From the NCBI GenBank assembly GCA_964016885.1, contig OZ024744.1:69998001-70062000 (forward strand): a stretch of DNA of 64,000 nt. Reading direction: 5' to 3'. The position numbers were made by a program, and so were the translations under genes. The DNA comes from Eledone cirrhosa. Taxonomy: Eukaryota. Below the pieces are notes generated by a model. It was not told the origin of the DNA and made no database searches. It saw only the letters and a program-made list of their open reading frames with translations. Below, piece after piece: positions 1-11,677 of the stretch. Position 1 is the stretch's first letter. The number at the start of each line of letters is the position of its first letter.

Positions 1-3000
1 CCAAACCAAAATCAGCCCCATGGGAACAAAACATGGTCCACCAACCAGATCTCTCACAAAGGGACAGCCCATCCTATCCATGCTAGATGATGATGATGAT
101 GATATACATATATATATTGAAAGTGTGTTACCTTAAAGTAAGGCCCTTCAACATATGTTTTTAAACTATGAAAATAGTTGAGCAAGATAGACATATAAGC
201 CCATTGAGATGGAAAAAAGGTACATACATTGAACTACCTTACGTTGAACAAGGTATGGGCAACCTTTTTCAAGCAGTGGGCCGCATATGATGAAACCTAC
301 AAAAAAGTTCCAGCCCAATAACTATATATTTTCTCCCAAAACTACCAAAATACATATCTATTTGTATATCCGCTACAACTGATGTTATGTTCATCGCATA
401 TCAAAGTTTTTTAATCTTGGTTGATATTTGATAATAACAGCTAAACTAATCACAACTAAATTGACCAAATTTGACCCCCACCCCTCACCCAATTCAGAAA
501 TGCTTCCACCGCCTCTGGGTATGCCTTCCATACTGGCATAGGTTGGATGGGTCTGTTCTTATTCAGAGTTACCACACTTCGATATGGATCAAGAACTGCA
601 TTTTTCGCTCATGTGTTCTATTTTTGGGATGATTTCTATGTCTGGATGTCATTCTTAATACCAGTACAGAGACTACTGGATGTATTTTATCATAACACCA
701 GCACTAAAATTCTTGTTATATCATTGATAGGGCTATGGTAGGAATCTCAAACACACAGCTCATAAAACTACTTTTCTATGACCTGCACAGGAAAAATTTT
801 TTATATAAAAAATAAATACTGAATGCTGAAGCTGGCATTCAGTAAGTACCAGTAATGTACTGGGTAATTACTGGCCTTGTGCCAAAAGTAGAAACAAGTA
901 TTTATCCAGCTTTTGCAATTCTTACACTTAATTCAGCCTCCTGCCTTCCATCACTCATGAACACGGTCCTAAGATACTTGAACTTCCCTACCCCGAGCAA
1001 GATGGTTGGTCATGCTTGGGGATCCAGCCGGGTCAGTTGGAGACAGTTGCTTCTGACAGGACCAGCTGGAAGGAGTCTTTGAGGGGTCTGCTCTACGACC
1101 CTCTCAGGAATGAGTGGGCGAAGAAGATAAAATAAATAGCAGGCTATCAGTTGTATTGCAGATTAGCTTTATAACTATTGGAAATCACCATCACCATCCC
1201 ACATACACTCACCTCTTCTTACTTCTGGCCCGCTGTTCTTCTCCCCTAAGATTTAATGGCTCTTTTGAATCCTTGAGTTTGCGATCATTGGACAAAGGTA
1301 TTTTGCTCATTCCTAAGTTGTCTCCACTCTTTTCCCCAACCACTTTAAATAATGGAATTCTGTACTAATTAGATAAGATGCAGAAGTACAGAAGTGTGAG
1401 GTGGGGCTCCAATTAAATGAAACTTACAAGAGATAAACTACTGGTGAAAGCTATTTTATTTACAGGCTTGTGAATTGTTATAACAATTAACTATTTTACC
1501 CACTCTAATAACCTAATTTGTTCTTGGATGATTTGGGGAGTGTCAGGCTTGAGAGAGAGTGCCTTGATAAAACCCAGGTGGTTGGTTCACACATATGTGA
1601 CTGGGTTGCTCTTAGTTGATTTGTATTTTTTATTTGTTTGTTTTTTTTATATTTCATATAATTATATTTATTTACTTAGTGCAATAAAAGAAGTTAATCC
1701 ATTTCATTAATCGGGAGAGTGTCAGACAACATGCTTAGCAGCATAGAATTATGGCCCTTTATGCTATGAGTTCAAATCCCGCCGAGGTTAGCTTTGCCTT
1801 TTATCCTTACGAGGTTGATAAAATAAAGTACCAGTAACGCACAGGGATCCCTCCAAATTGCTAGCCTTGTGCCTAAATCAGAAACCGTTTTTTTGTTTTG
1901 TTTTTTGTTTTTTTTTTACTTTATTTTATATCAACAACTTTTGAGATAATTCTATTTTCCAAATTAGAGCATTTACAATTTTGAAATTAAAAACAAAATC
2001 TAAAAAAAATGAATTCCCAAACACAGGAACTTCTTTCCATTTTTCACTGCTATTTCTAGTATATTAGGTTGTAAAATAACAGAATCATTAAAATCTTAAG
2101 TAGAATAAAGTCTGTGTTAAGTCAGAAAGCTAATTAGGCCAGTGCTTATCCGGGTTTCATGGTGTGAAGCGACTGAGAGTACACGACGTCCCCCTAGACA
2201 GGACGCCAGCCCATCGCAGTACCAGCTGCTGGTACTCGTTTTCAGCTGAGTATACTGGAGTAATGTGAAAGTGTTTTGCTCAAATACACAACCCAGGAAT
2301 CAAACCCACGACATTATGATCATAATTCCAACGCCCTTACCACTAGGCTACGGGCCTCCACTAAATATAATGGTTTACGATATTCGTTTTTGACTTTCTA
2401 TGCTCCTGCCAAAGTCAACTTTTATTTTCATCTTTTCCAGGTCGATAAATAAACTACCGTCCACTCTCCCTCTCTCTCAGCCCACTAGAAGAAATTAGCT
2501 TTGGTTTCTGCCAGGTTTAAAATGCCCCCAAGATATACAGTATGTAACGACAGCACCTCTACATTTTCATCAGGAGTTACATACGTTGAGATACTGCATA
2601 AAAGCTTCCTTGTTAGTCCGTTGAAAATAGCAGAAAAGTCTAATTGTATATCTTAAACACGTGAAATTATAATTCGGCCTTAAGAGGTTTTCAATAATTT
2701 TCCTTCATTTTTTTTTTTTTTTTTGCACCACCCCACTTACAGCTATTTTCCAAGAACTAACAGGTGGTCTCTCGACATACTAGAAACAGCAACCAAAGAT
2801 GAAAAATTTCGGGGCGAGGATGAATATATATATATATATAATTTAAGGTAAGGGGATATGATCGTAAATGTCACTGTTTAAAAAGCAAAATTCCAAGGGA
2901 AAGAAATGTTAAGTTATGACTATTTACGGCGGAGTGGAGCTTATTCTGAAACATAATGTACAAGGTTCGCTGTTCTGAGAATATCCTAAATGAACTGCGG

Positions 3001-5789
3001 GAAGAGAATTGGATAGAGAAGTTGTTGGTTTATAAAGTAACTGAGTACAAAGAATAAATGTTTAAATCTAGGCTCGAGAAGGAGTGGACTAACCACTCGC
3101 TCAAGTTTAACTAACGCTTCTCGTATTGATGCCCATCTGGAGGCATTGATACCAAGTGATACTCGATACTCAGAAGTCTAAATACCCTTACCGGGTACCA
3201 AATGACCGTACTAGAAGATATATATTGAAGATATAGATTCCTAGTGAAAACCTTATCAACAGTGTCGACTAATATACTTGTGCTTTCAGCAGAACGTGGG
3301 TTCCTTCCTACCTATCCACCCAAATACTAGAACTGTCTACAGAATCGTTAGGCACGAAATCAAACTAAATTCTGGTTTGGGACGAACTGGCGCGGCCTAG
3401 TTATTGAGCTCTCTCTCTCTCACGTATGTCAATTTAAATGTCAATTGCTGCATATTCGGAGGTCAGGTTAGTTGATAGCACTCGAAAAAGAACGCGGAAA
3501 AATATTTATTTCTCACTAAAATTGAGAGGGGCGTTTTTTTTAAATATATATATACTCTATTTTGTTTGCAAAGTTGAAAATTTCATTACAAATGTAAACA
3601 TATATAATTTTTAAAAAAAACATTAGGTGTGAAGTTTGAAAACTGCAGTCTGCATTTGTAATGAAATTTTCTTCTTAGCATTCCTCTTCGTTTTCTTTCT
3701 GTAAGCATTTACCGAGGTTAACTTTGCATTTCATCATTAAGGGGGGTCGATAAAATAAAGAACCAGTAATACATTGGATTAAATGCAGGCATAGCCAAAA
3801 GTAGAAACAATTATTATATTTCTTTTTATACAACTGTGAATAAAATGAATGTATTTATATTTCTAATGTAATGAGGAGCTAGCCCATGAATGTAAGCAGT
3901 AGTATTAAATGTTATTCAGACTTTCCAATAGGAGTATACTTAACATCTCGTGTATGTGTATAAATAATTGTTTCTATTTTAGGCACGAGGCCAGCAATTA
4001 CTCCGTACATTACTGGTACTTTATTTTATCGACCCCGTAAGGATGAAAGGCAAAGTTAACCTCGGCAGGATATGAACTCAGATCGTAAAGCGACGTAACT
4101 ATGCTGGAAAGCATGTCCGTGTATAAATAATTTCATTTAAAAAGCATATGTATTTTGAAAGTAAATATATTTTGTTAATTGTAAAGTAACCGAAACAAAA
4201 CTTTTTTGTTTCAGTATATTAAAAAAGTCAAGTATTTTTTGTTTACGTTCTCCAACTAACCCACGTATTCGGCAAAGTAGCCCATATATTAAACATGTCA
4301 GTCTTTATATTAAAATTACATCTTTTATGCCACCGTTCTTATACCACATCATACATTATTCATTGCCTCCACGACTCATCTGTACCTCAAATATAACGTT
4401 TTTATTGCTTGTATGAAAGGGCTTTGATGATAAGCATTATGCCCCTGTAAAAAATTATTATTATTATTATTAGGCACTCCAAATCCAGCCGAGGTTAAAT
4501 TTGCCTTTCGTCCTTACGGGCTCGATAAAATAAAGTACCAGTAATGTACTGAAATAATTAGTGGTCTTGTGCCAAAAGTAGAAACAATTATTATTATATG
4601 GAAAGGGCTAAAACTCTATGCGTTAAAGCATGGTGTCCGACCCTCTACCGATAATGCCAATCCACCGCTTATATTACATAATGTTATGAATTCAAATGAC
4701 ACCAAAGTCATCTTGGCATTTCATAACTCAGATACCGATAAAGTAAGTACCAGTCAAAAAAGCACTAGTATCGATTGTTCTATCTCTTTCTCTCTACACA
4801 CACACAATCAGCGGTCTTTTTTGTATAACCTTTTTATATAATTATATATATATATATATATATATATGCGAAAACAATAAAGAAATCCTTACCTCTTGGC
4901 AAAACAGATTCAATAATTCGGTACATTTCAGGTAGTCAATAATTGATTTGAAAAAAAAAAAAAAAAACTTAAATGAAAGAACTCTTATTGTACTAATAGC
5001 GTAGTAGTGAGGGTTCGCTCATGTGTATTTAAAAATGAAGACACATGCATGATATAATCAAAAGCAAAACCGAAGTTATCTTCCTTGAATTAAAATGTTC
5101 CATAATCTCTCTATCTATCTATCTCTTCCTGTCTCTCTTTATATATATATATTTATATTTCTGTCTCTTGTGATTATACCCGTGTATATATACTGTGTAT
5201 ATATATATATTTATAAACACACACGCACACACACATATATTTATATAAATATTGTATATACGTAATACATATATAAATATTGTATATACATAATACATAT
5301 ACATAATATATATATACATATATACATAATACTGTACATATATAATACATAATACATACACAATACATATATTGTATATACATAATACATATATAATATC
5401 TTATATGTATATATTTAATAATTGTTTCTACTTTAGGCACAAGGCCAGCAAATACCCAGTGCATTACTGGTACTTTATTTTATCGACCCCGTAAGGATGA
5501 AAGGCAAAGTCAACCTCGGCGGGATTTGAACTCAGATCGTAAAGGGACGTAACTATGCTGGAAAGCATGGCGTCCGACCCTCTACCGATACTGCCAATTC
5601 ACTGGTTTCTACATTAAGCACTACATTAAGGCCAGCAATTTGAAGGGAGGGAAAAGACGATTAAATCGACCCTTATGCATTACTGGTACTTTATTTTATT
5701 GACTCCATAAGGATTAAAGGCAAAGCTAACCACGGTGGGATTTGAACTCAGAACGAAAATAGCAGTAACTCTCTACTGCAAAGCATCTG

Positions 5790-7190
5790 ATTTAGGCAGA
5801 ATTCCCCAATAGGGGAGAGGACTACCCAGGGTTGACTCAGGTACCCCACTAGTACTGAACCACCTGACACATGTACTGTGGGAGGGAGGTAGCATTTCTC
5901 TCTCCATCTTCACCTTCCTTTCCAAGTGAAACTTAAAAGTTGATACGGGATTGGCCGAACAGAAAAGTGTCTGTCTTCAGTCCTTTCAACCTGGTCCACC
6001 ACACAACCTCCTTCGCTACCACCAGCAGACGGAAGAAAACTGCATGCCCTTCCCAGCCAAAAGAAGGCGGCGGGGTGATCTTCACTATGGATTTGGTCGG
6101 TAGCCAGATCTATCCTACATGCAATAACAGCTGTTCGACCAAACTCCACAAGTCAGTAATGCACGGACACAGGACGAGTGCACACAAAACAGTTTCATCA
6201 CTCTGCCCGCATCTCAGGCAGGTTCATCTGACAGCACTTCCGTGCCTGCAGAGTTTATTTTGAATCGGCAGTGCCACCCAGAAGCTCAGCCAAGCGAGGG
6301 GTTTCTGGAAGTTATCCATAGTCCCCAGCTTGAAAGTCCTCTGAAACAGACTGGTCAGTTCAACTTCGTCGATACCCAGAACCACTCCAAGAGGTTGCAC
6401 TTGCCCACCACTAATCCCCTATAGAACTCAAGAGTAGAATTTCCACAGACCACATTGCCCGTCCGGCGGAGGGCAGTGAGTGCCTGGCAACATTCCAGAT
6501 GTCAGGCACCCAGGACTAACAACATTGTTGAACAGTATGGCTTGCCTCTCCAGGTGCCAAGCTGCAGACCCACCAACTTTTCCAGGTTCAGTTTTGCACC
6601 TGTCAGTCTTTCATATACGTCTAAGACGGTGCCGACCACCTCGATTTTCAAGGTGTTCAACACCATCATGGTGATGTCATCCACATATGCCAACAGAATG
6701 CCCCACATTTCCAGCTTCCACAGTAAAGGCTTGAGAATCAAAACATACTGAAGGGAAGAGAGAGGGCACCCTTAACGGACCGATCGGAATGGTTCTGAAA
6801 GGTGGCCATTAACTTTGACCACCAAGCAGATGCCACTGTGCATTGCAACAATCCAGCCTCTGAAAACGGGACCGAAACCAGCAGCCTTCAGGACAGCTGC
6901 CAGGTATCAATGGTTGACCGGTCAAAAGCTTTTGATTGATCTTAATTGATCAGAGCCCCACAGAAACCAGGTTTACACCCTACATTCTCTATGGTGAATC
7001 ACATGAAATGGAGGTTTAATGTATGGACCTGGTTGGGATTGTGCAAGTTTGCGCTTCCCCTACTAAACATTCGATGGCAAGCGTCAACCTATTCACTAAC
7101 ACTTTGGCCAAAATCTTAAACTCTATTTTTAACAGAGTTATGGGCCTGAAATTCTCTTGTTCTTCTCTTTCTTCATCAGCATTACTACAC
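5790..7190 (-). mobile_element. Degenerate L1/Tx1-clade LINE fragment (RT to 3' end)
   Basis: ORF 6502-6741 has AYVDDIT...YERLTGAKLNLEK (RT core). 5800-6480 is homologous in reverse to the L1/Tx1 3' region at 13620-14560. Many stops and frameshifts. Confidence 0.85.
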
Positions 7191-7485
7191 TCTGGCTCAT
7201 AGAACTGGGAATATTTCCTTGGGTCTTCCTTTTCCTAGGGTTCCAGCCATTGGCATCGTTCTGCACTTCTTTATGCAGCTGTTATCCTCTGAATACATTA
7301 CATGTCCATACCAGCGCAGTCTTCTCTCTTACACATTACATCCAATTCCTCTTATGCCAAGTTTTCCTCTCAGTTCACTTATGCTATGTCATAAGTGAAC
7401 ATTACTTATCCATCAGAGCATACTTGCTTCATTTCTCTGCAACATTTGCAGGTCTTCTGCAGTTAAGGCCCATGTTTCACTGCCT
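7190..7485 (-). mobile_element. RTE-clade LINE 3' fragment
   Basis: Similar to the RTE 3' end at 26280-26700 (WYGHVM / GRPKK-W region), degenerate. Confidence 0.65.
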
Positions 7486-7488
7486 TGA

Positions 7489-7530
7489 TTGATGACCCGG
7501 TGATAAACAGGAGAAACTCCAGAGTATATA
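7489..7530 (+). ncRNA. 5'-truncated hammerhead ribozyme motif
   Basis: TTGATGA CCCGGT-gataa-ACAGGA GAAA CTCCAGAG TA, followed by a TA-rich array. The 5' strand of stem I is absent. Confidence 0.45.
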
Positions 7531-7721
7531 TATAGACATATACATACTATATATACTATATATATTATACATATACTATATATATATACAAAGTATACAT
7601 ATATAGTATAGTTATATATTTAGATTATATATATAACTCCAGACTCACTATTAAGCCTTAATAGAACGAATATATTTGCAAAATAAATACATAAATAACA
7701 TCCTTTATTAATTTTACAGAA

Positions 7722-7913
7722 AGGTGGTGGATTGGCAGTATCGGTAGAGGGTCTGACGCCATGCTTTGCAGCAAAGAGTTACGGCCCTTTATGGTCTGAG
7801 TTCAAATCCCACCGAGGTTAACTTTGCCTTTCATCCTTACGGGGTCGATAAAATAAAGAACCAGTAATACACTGGGATAATTGCTGCTAGCCTTGTACCA
7901 AAAGTAGAAACAG
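7722..7913 (+). mobile_element. tRNA-derived SINE, family A (about 20 copies or fragments in the window)
   Basis: A-box-like TGGCAGTATCGG, B-box GAGTTCAAATCC, conserved body GCCTTTCATCCTTACGGGGTCGATAAAATAAAG, 14-bp TSD TTAATTTTACAGAA (7708-7721 / 7914-7927). Other copies near 1710, 3705, 3965, 4480, 5415, 5610, 18511, 18717, 18973, 19320, 19523, 21955, 29590, 31390, 33000, 33700 and 43540. Confidence 0.9.
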
Positions 7914-8040
7914 TTAATTTTACAGAAGGTTGAAAAACTTCACAATGAATTTCTTGACAATCGAATACTGCCAAATAACATAATTCTCCCACAAAACAGG
8001 TGACCGATCATCACCTGTTTATTCAACACTGGCTTTGAGG

Positions 8041-8085
8041 AACAATCAACATTTTTCTGGGTCATAACCCTTCATCAGGACTGTT
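8041..8085 (-). ncRNA. Degenerate minimal hammerhead ribozyme (Penelope-tail type)
   Basis: Minus strand: AACAGTC CTGATGA AGGGT-tatg-ACCCA GAAA AATGTT GATTGTT. Stem I AACAGTC/GATTGTT pairs over 7 bp. The cleavage triplet is degenerate. Confidence 0.6.
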
Positions 8086-8896
8086 GAATAGGAGAAAATA
8101 TATATATGCAAATGTATATTGCTCTGCACTTCTTTATGCAGCTGCTATCCTCCGTACACATTACATGTCCATACCACATTACATGTCCTTATATATATAT
8201 ATATACTTTTGTAATTACTTGATCATCATCTGCTTATGCTTATTATACAAAATACATCATCATTTCATCATTTCATTTTACCTCCGCTTTTCCCTGCTTG
8301 CAAGGGTGGGACAGGAACTGATTCTGGCTTGATTTCTACAGCTGGATGCCCTTCCTAACATCAACCTCATTTACAGTGAGTGCTGGGTGCTTTTTTGTCG
8401 TGGTACCTACATGTCCACTTTACAGTGTGGGCTGGGTGCTTTTTGCTGTGGCACCTCCACGACCACTTTGCAGTCCCTATCATCTCATTTCTACAGCTGA
8501 GTGAAGTGGAGCAATGTGAAATAAAGTGTCTTGCTCAAGGAAACAACACATCACCCGGTCTGAGAATTGAACTCACAACTTTTCGATTGCAAGATGAATG
8601 TTCTAACCACTAAGCAATGTGCCTCCATACATACATATATATATATCATCATCATCATCATCATCACTTTACGTCCGCTTTTCCCTGCTTGAAAGGGTTG
8701 GACAGGTCCTATTCAGCATAGCATCTCTCCACTTGTCACGGTCCTTCGTCATCTCACCGGTGAGTTTCAGCGATCTGAGGTCTGCTCTCACCACCTCCGC
8801 CCATGTTTTTCATGGTCTACCTCTACTGCGTCTTCCTTCTACTGGGATTTCTTGGCACTTCTTTGGAAAATGTGTGAGATCCTTGGTACAGTTAGG

Positions 8897-9035
8897 TATA
8901 TTTGAAAAAAAAGGAAAAGAATGACTTCACTTGTAGTTCTAAACAATTTGATTTAATTTTATAATCAACTCATAATATTATAATATTATAAAATTAAATC
9001 AAATTGTTTAGTGAAGTCATTCTTTTCCTTTTTTT

Positions 9036-9043
<8 letters not shown>
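8897..9043. repeat. Inverted repeat (hairpin) adjoining a (TA)n array
   Basis: TATATTTGAAAAAAAAGGAAAAGAATGACTTCAC...TAAACAATTTGATTTAATTTTATAAT is mirrored by ATTATAAAATTAAATCAAATTGTTTAGTGAAGTCATTCTTTTCCTTTTTTTCAAATATA. Confidence 0.9.
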
Positions 9044-9075
<32 letters not shown>

Positions 9076-9210
9076 TAGAAGGGGTATTTAATTTGTTGGA
9101 AGTCCAACAAATATAAATGTTTATAACTGATTTAGAGCACTCAACAGTTTACTGGAGTAAATATTCAATGATATTAAATAAATGGAAACTATATTTATAA
9201 AACCATATTT

Positions 9211-9271
9211 ATTTTATTATATATATTTCAAGGGTACCAAGACACATTGATACGCTTTCATCAGATAAAAT
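9211..9271 (-). ncRNA. Type I hammerhead ribozyme (ATTTTAT family)
   Basis: ATTTTAT CTGATGA AAGCGTATCAA-tgtgtc-TTGGTACCCTT GAAA TATATA TA ATAAAAT. Intact core, 7-bp stem I, 10 of 11 pairs in stem II. Confidence 0.85.
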
Positions 9272-9401
9272 GCAAAGTTTGTTTTATAAATAGAGACATA
9301 CCCATAAAATTCACTGGATAGTCAATTGACTATCCAGTCAATTTCCAACCGATAAGGTATGACTTTCATGGGTATATCTCTATTTATAAAACAAACTTTG
9401 C

Positions 9402-9462
9402 ATTTTATCTGGTGAAAGCGGATCAATGTGTCTTGGTACCCTTGAAATATATATAATAAAAT
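9402..9462 (+). ncRNA. Hammerhead mirror copy with core mutation (CTGGTGA)
   Basis: Reverse-complement copy of 9211-9271 with an A>G change in the catalytic core. Confidence 0.7.
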
Positions 9463-9744
9463 AAATATGGTTTTATAAATATACTTTCCATTTATTTAAT
9501 ATCATTGAATATATACATATATATATATATATATACATGTCTACAGTAGCTTGTGTACTCACTGAGTTCCTGTGTATAATGTACATCCATAGATTTAAGC
9601 TTTCAAAATGTGTTACAGAGGTGTGTGATATACCTGAAAACAGCTAAAAACTATAAAACAGCTATTGTATTTCATGATAATTTTTTCCACTATTTCCATT
9701 CAAGTCAGTTAACAAATATGTATGTATGTGTGTATATATGTATG

Positions 9745-10282
9745 TCGGGTCACTCTTGAGTGCTACTGGTAACATGTAATCCAGTACAACCTGTCGCATG
9801 GTCGGGTCGTCGGCGACTAAACCGGCAACCCCACCAAGTTTACTTGGTTAGGAGAGTGATTTTGGACACCCCGCAGGACAAAAAAGAAAACCTGACAAAG
9901 GGCGGAAGAACTCATAAGAGTCAGCGGCCATCCAAAAGTGTGTAAATATATATACACATGTACCGTGCGGTTAAATCACTGGGAGTGAAGGACACCTAGC
10001 CTTTGTCAAGGCATTCTTCTAGTAGAAGGCAACTCAGGAAACTGGGATAACTCCGATATAAAACCTGTGGCTCAGTAGTTACCGCCATTAATGTAGATCT
10101 TTTCTTCTTTTCGGGTTATAGCTACAGTCGCTCAGAGAGTGGGATTGGCTCAGTGCACAGTCTTTCCTCACTTTAAAAAATATCTTCACGCACAGGCATT
10201 GCACGATAGAATTAATTGATAATTATTAATAATGGGATATTGTGCAATGGCCATACTCGATAATGAGGGGGCAGTCATCATG
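9745..10282 (+). mobile_element. Non-autonomous interspersed repeat with RTE-5'UTR-like motifs (copies at 42778-43331 + and 47541-48138 -)
   Basis: Shared GGCGACTAAAC(C/T)GGCAACCCCACCAAG...CTAG(T/G)AGAAGG..AAC and 3' end GGCCATACTCG...CATCATG. Every copy is flanked by TA/TG microsatellites. Confidence 0.75.
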
Positions 10283-10660
10283 TATGTGTGTGTGTCGGTG
10301 CATGTGTCTGTGTGTGTATGTATGTATGAATGTATGTATGGATATATATATAAATATATATGTATATATGTAAGTATGTATGAAAGTATGTATGTATGAA
10401 TGTATGTATGGATACATATATAAATATATATGTATATATGTAAGTATGTATGAAAGTATGTATGTATGTATGAATGTATGTATGGATACATATATAAATA
10501 TATATGTATATATGTAAGTATGTATGAAAGTATGTATGTATGAATGTATGTATGGATACATATATAAATATATATGTATATATGTAAGTATGTATGAAAG
10601 TATGTATGTATGCATGTATGTATGTGTATATATGTATATATAGATATAGATATAGATTTC
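10283..10660. repeat. Compound TATG/TA microsatellite with a higher-order unit of about 70 bp
   Basis: Repeated block GAATGTATGTATGGATACATATATAAATATATATGTATATATGTAAGTATGTATGAAAG, about 4 copies. Confidence 0.85.
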
Positions 10661-10871
10661 CACTTAGTTAAAATTACCCATAGTGTTGGGATTTCCAGAC
10701 ATGCACTCCCTTCCCTCCCATCATCCGTCCCACACACCTACCACATTGTAATCACCCCACCGTCTTAACACTCAACACATACATCTACCTCCCCAATCCC
10801 CATGTATCTCCCTCACCCCACCCCGAATCAACACTTTAAAGTGGTCATATTGAGTATAACTATATATATGT

Positions 10872-11255
10872 ATGTAAAAGAATGAAACGGAATTTCATTT
10901 CTCACTCTTAGTACGGTTATTACTTAAATCTAAGTATGTATACATACATACATATATGTGTACAGACGTACAGTAGTACGTATATATATATATATATACA
11001 TACATGCACACATATATATATGTACGTGTGGATTTACCGAACATTTATTATAATGCTCGGTTTGTTTACCGAGCATTATAGTAAATGTTCGGTAAACCCA
11101 TATGTACATATATATATATGTGTGCAGGTATGTATATATATATATACGTACTACTGTACGTCTGTACACATATATGTATGTATGTATACATACTTAGATT
11201 TAAATAATAACCGTACTAAGAGTGAGAAATGAAATTTCGTTTCGTTCTTTTACAT
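10872..11255. repeat. Long inverted repeat (about 190-bp arms); same family as 58415-58760
   Basis: ATGTAAAAGAATGAAACGGAATTTCATTTCTCACTCTTAGTACGG...ATAATGCTCGG is mirrored across a short TTTGTTT loop. Confidence 0.85.
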
Positions 11256-11377
11256 TTATCGTTTTCGGTACGCCCGGCCGATTAACTCACTCGATATGCA
11301 AATTAGGCTGCTCAACCGTTAATATGTATAAGGAAAGTATATACTTTCAAACGTTCAATCATCTGACAGGAAGGTAT

Positions 11378-11420
11378 ACGATGCTGACGATAGCTAATAA
11401 GCTTGAAACTAGTACATCGT
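11378..11420 (+). ncRNA. Minimal type I hammerhead ribozyme (CTAG family)
   Basis: ACGATG CTGACGA TAGCT-aata-AGCTT GAAA CTAG TA CATCGT. Perfect 6-bp stem I, palindromic stem III, GUA cleavage triplet. Confidence 0.85.
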
Positions 11421-11677
11421 TCCTGTGTCAGTGTTGAACAAAAGGGCGACGATGGTTGTGCATGTATGTATGTATATACATACTACTGTACGTCTGTACA
11501 CATATATGTATGTACGTATACATACCTATATATATATATGTATATACATATAAACCTGTCAGACAGTCCTATACGAGCAAGATGACCAATCTTGCCCTAA
11601 GAGGGACAATTTCCGTCTAAACCCATGCTAGCATGGAAGATAGACGTTAAACGTTGATGATGATATATAAATATAAT

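Larger units (their letters stand above)
9161..9512. repeat. Long inverted repeat (about 150-bp arms), probable Penelope-like inverted pseudo-LTR
   Basis: Arms 9161-9308 and 9365-9512 are near-perfect reverse complements. Each carries a hammerhead. (TA)n lies on both sides. Confidence 0.85.

Noticed and set aside
4415-4455. TTGATGA with a nearby hairpin
   Set aside because: No GAAA-stem III-UH arrangement follows.
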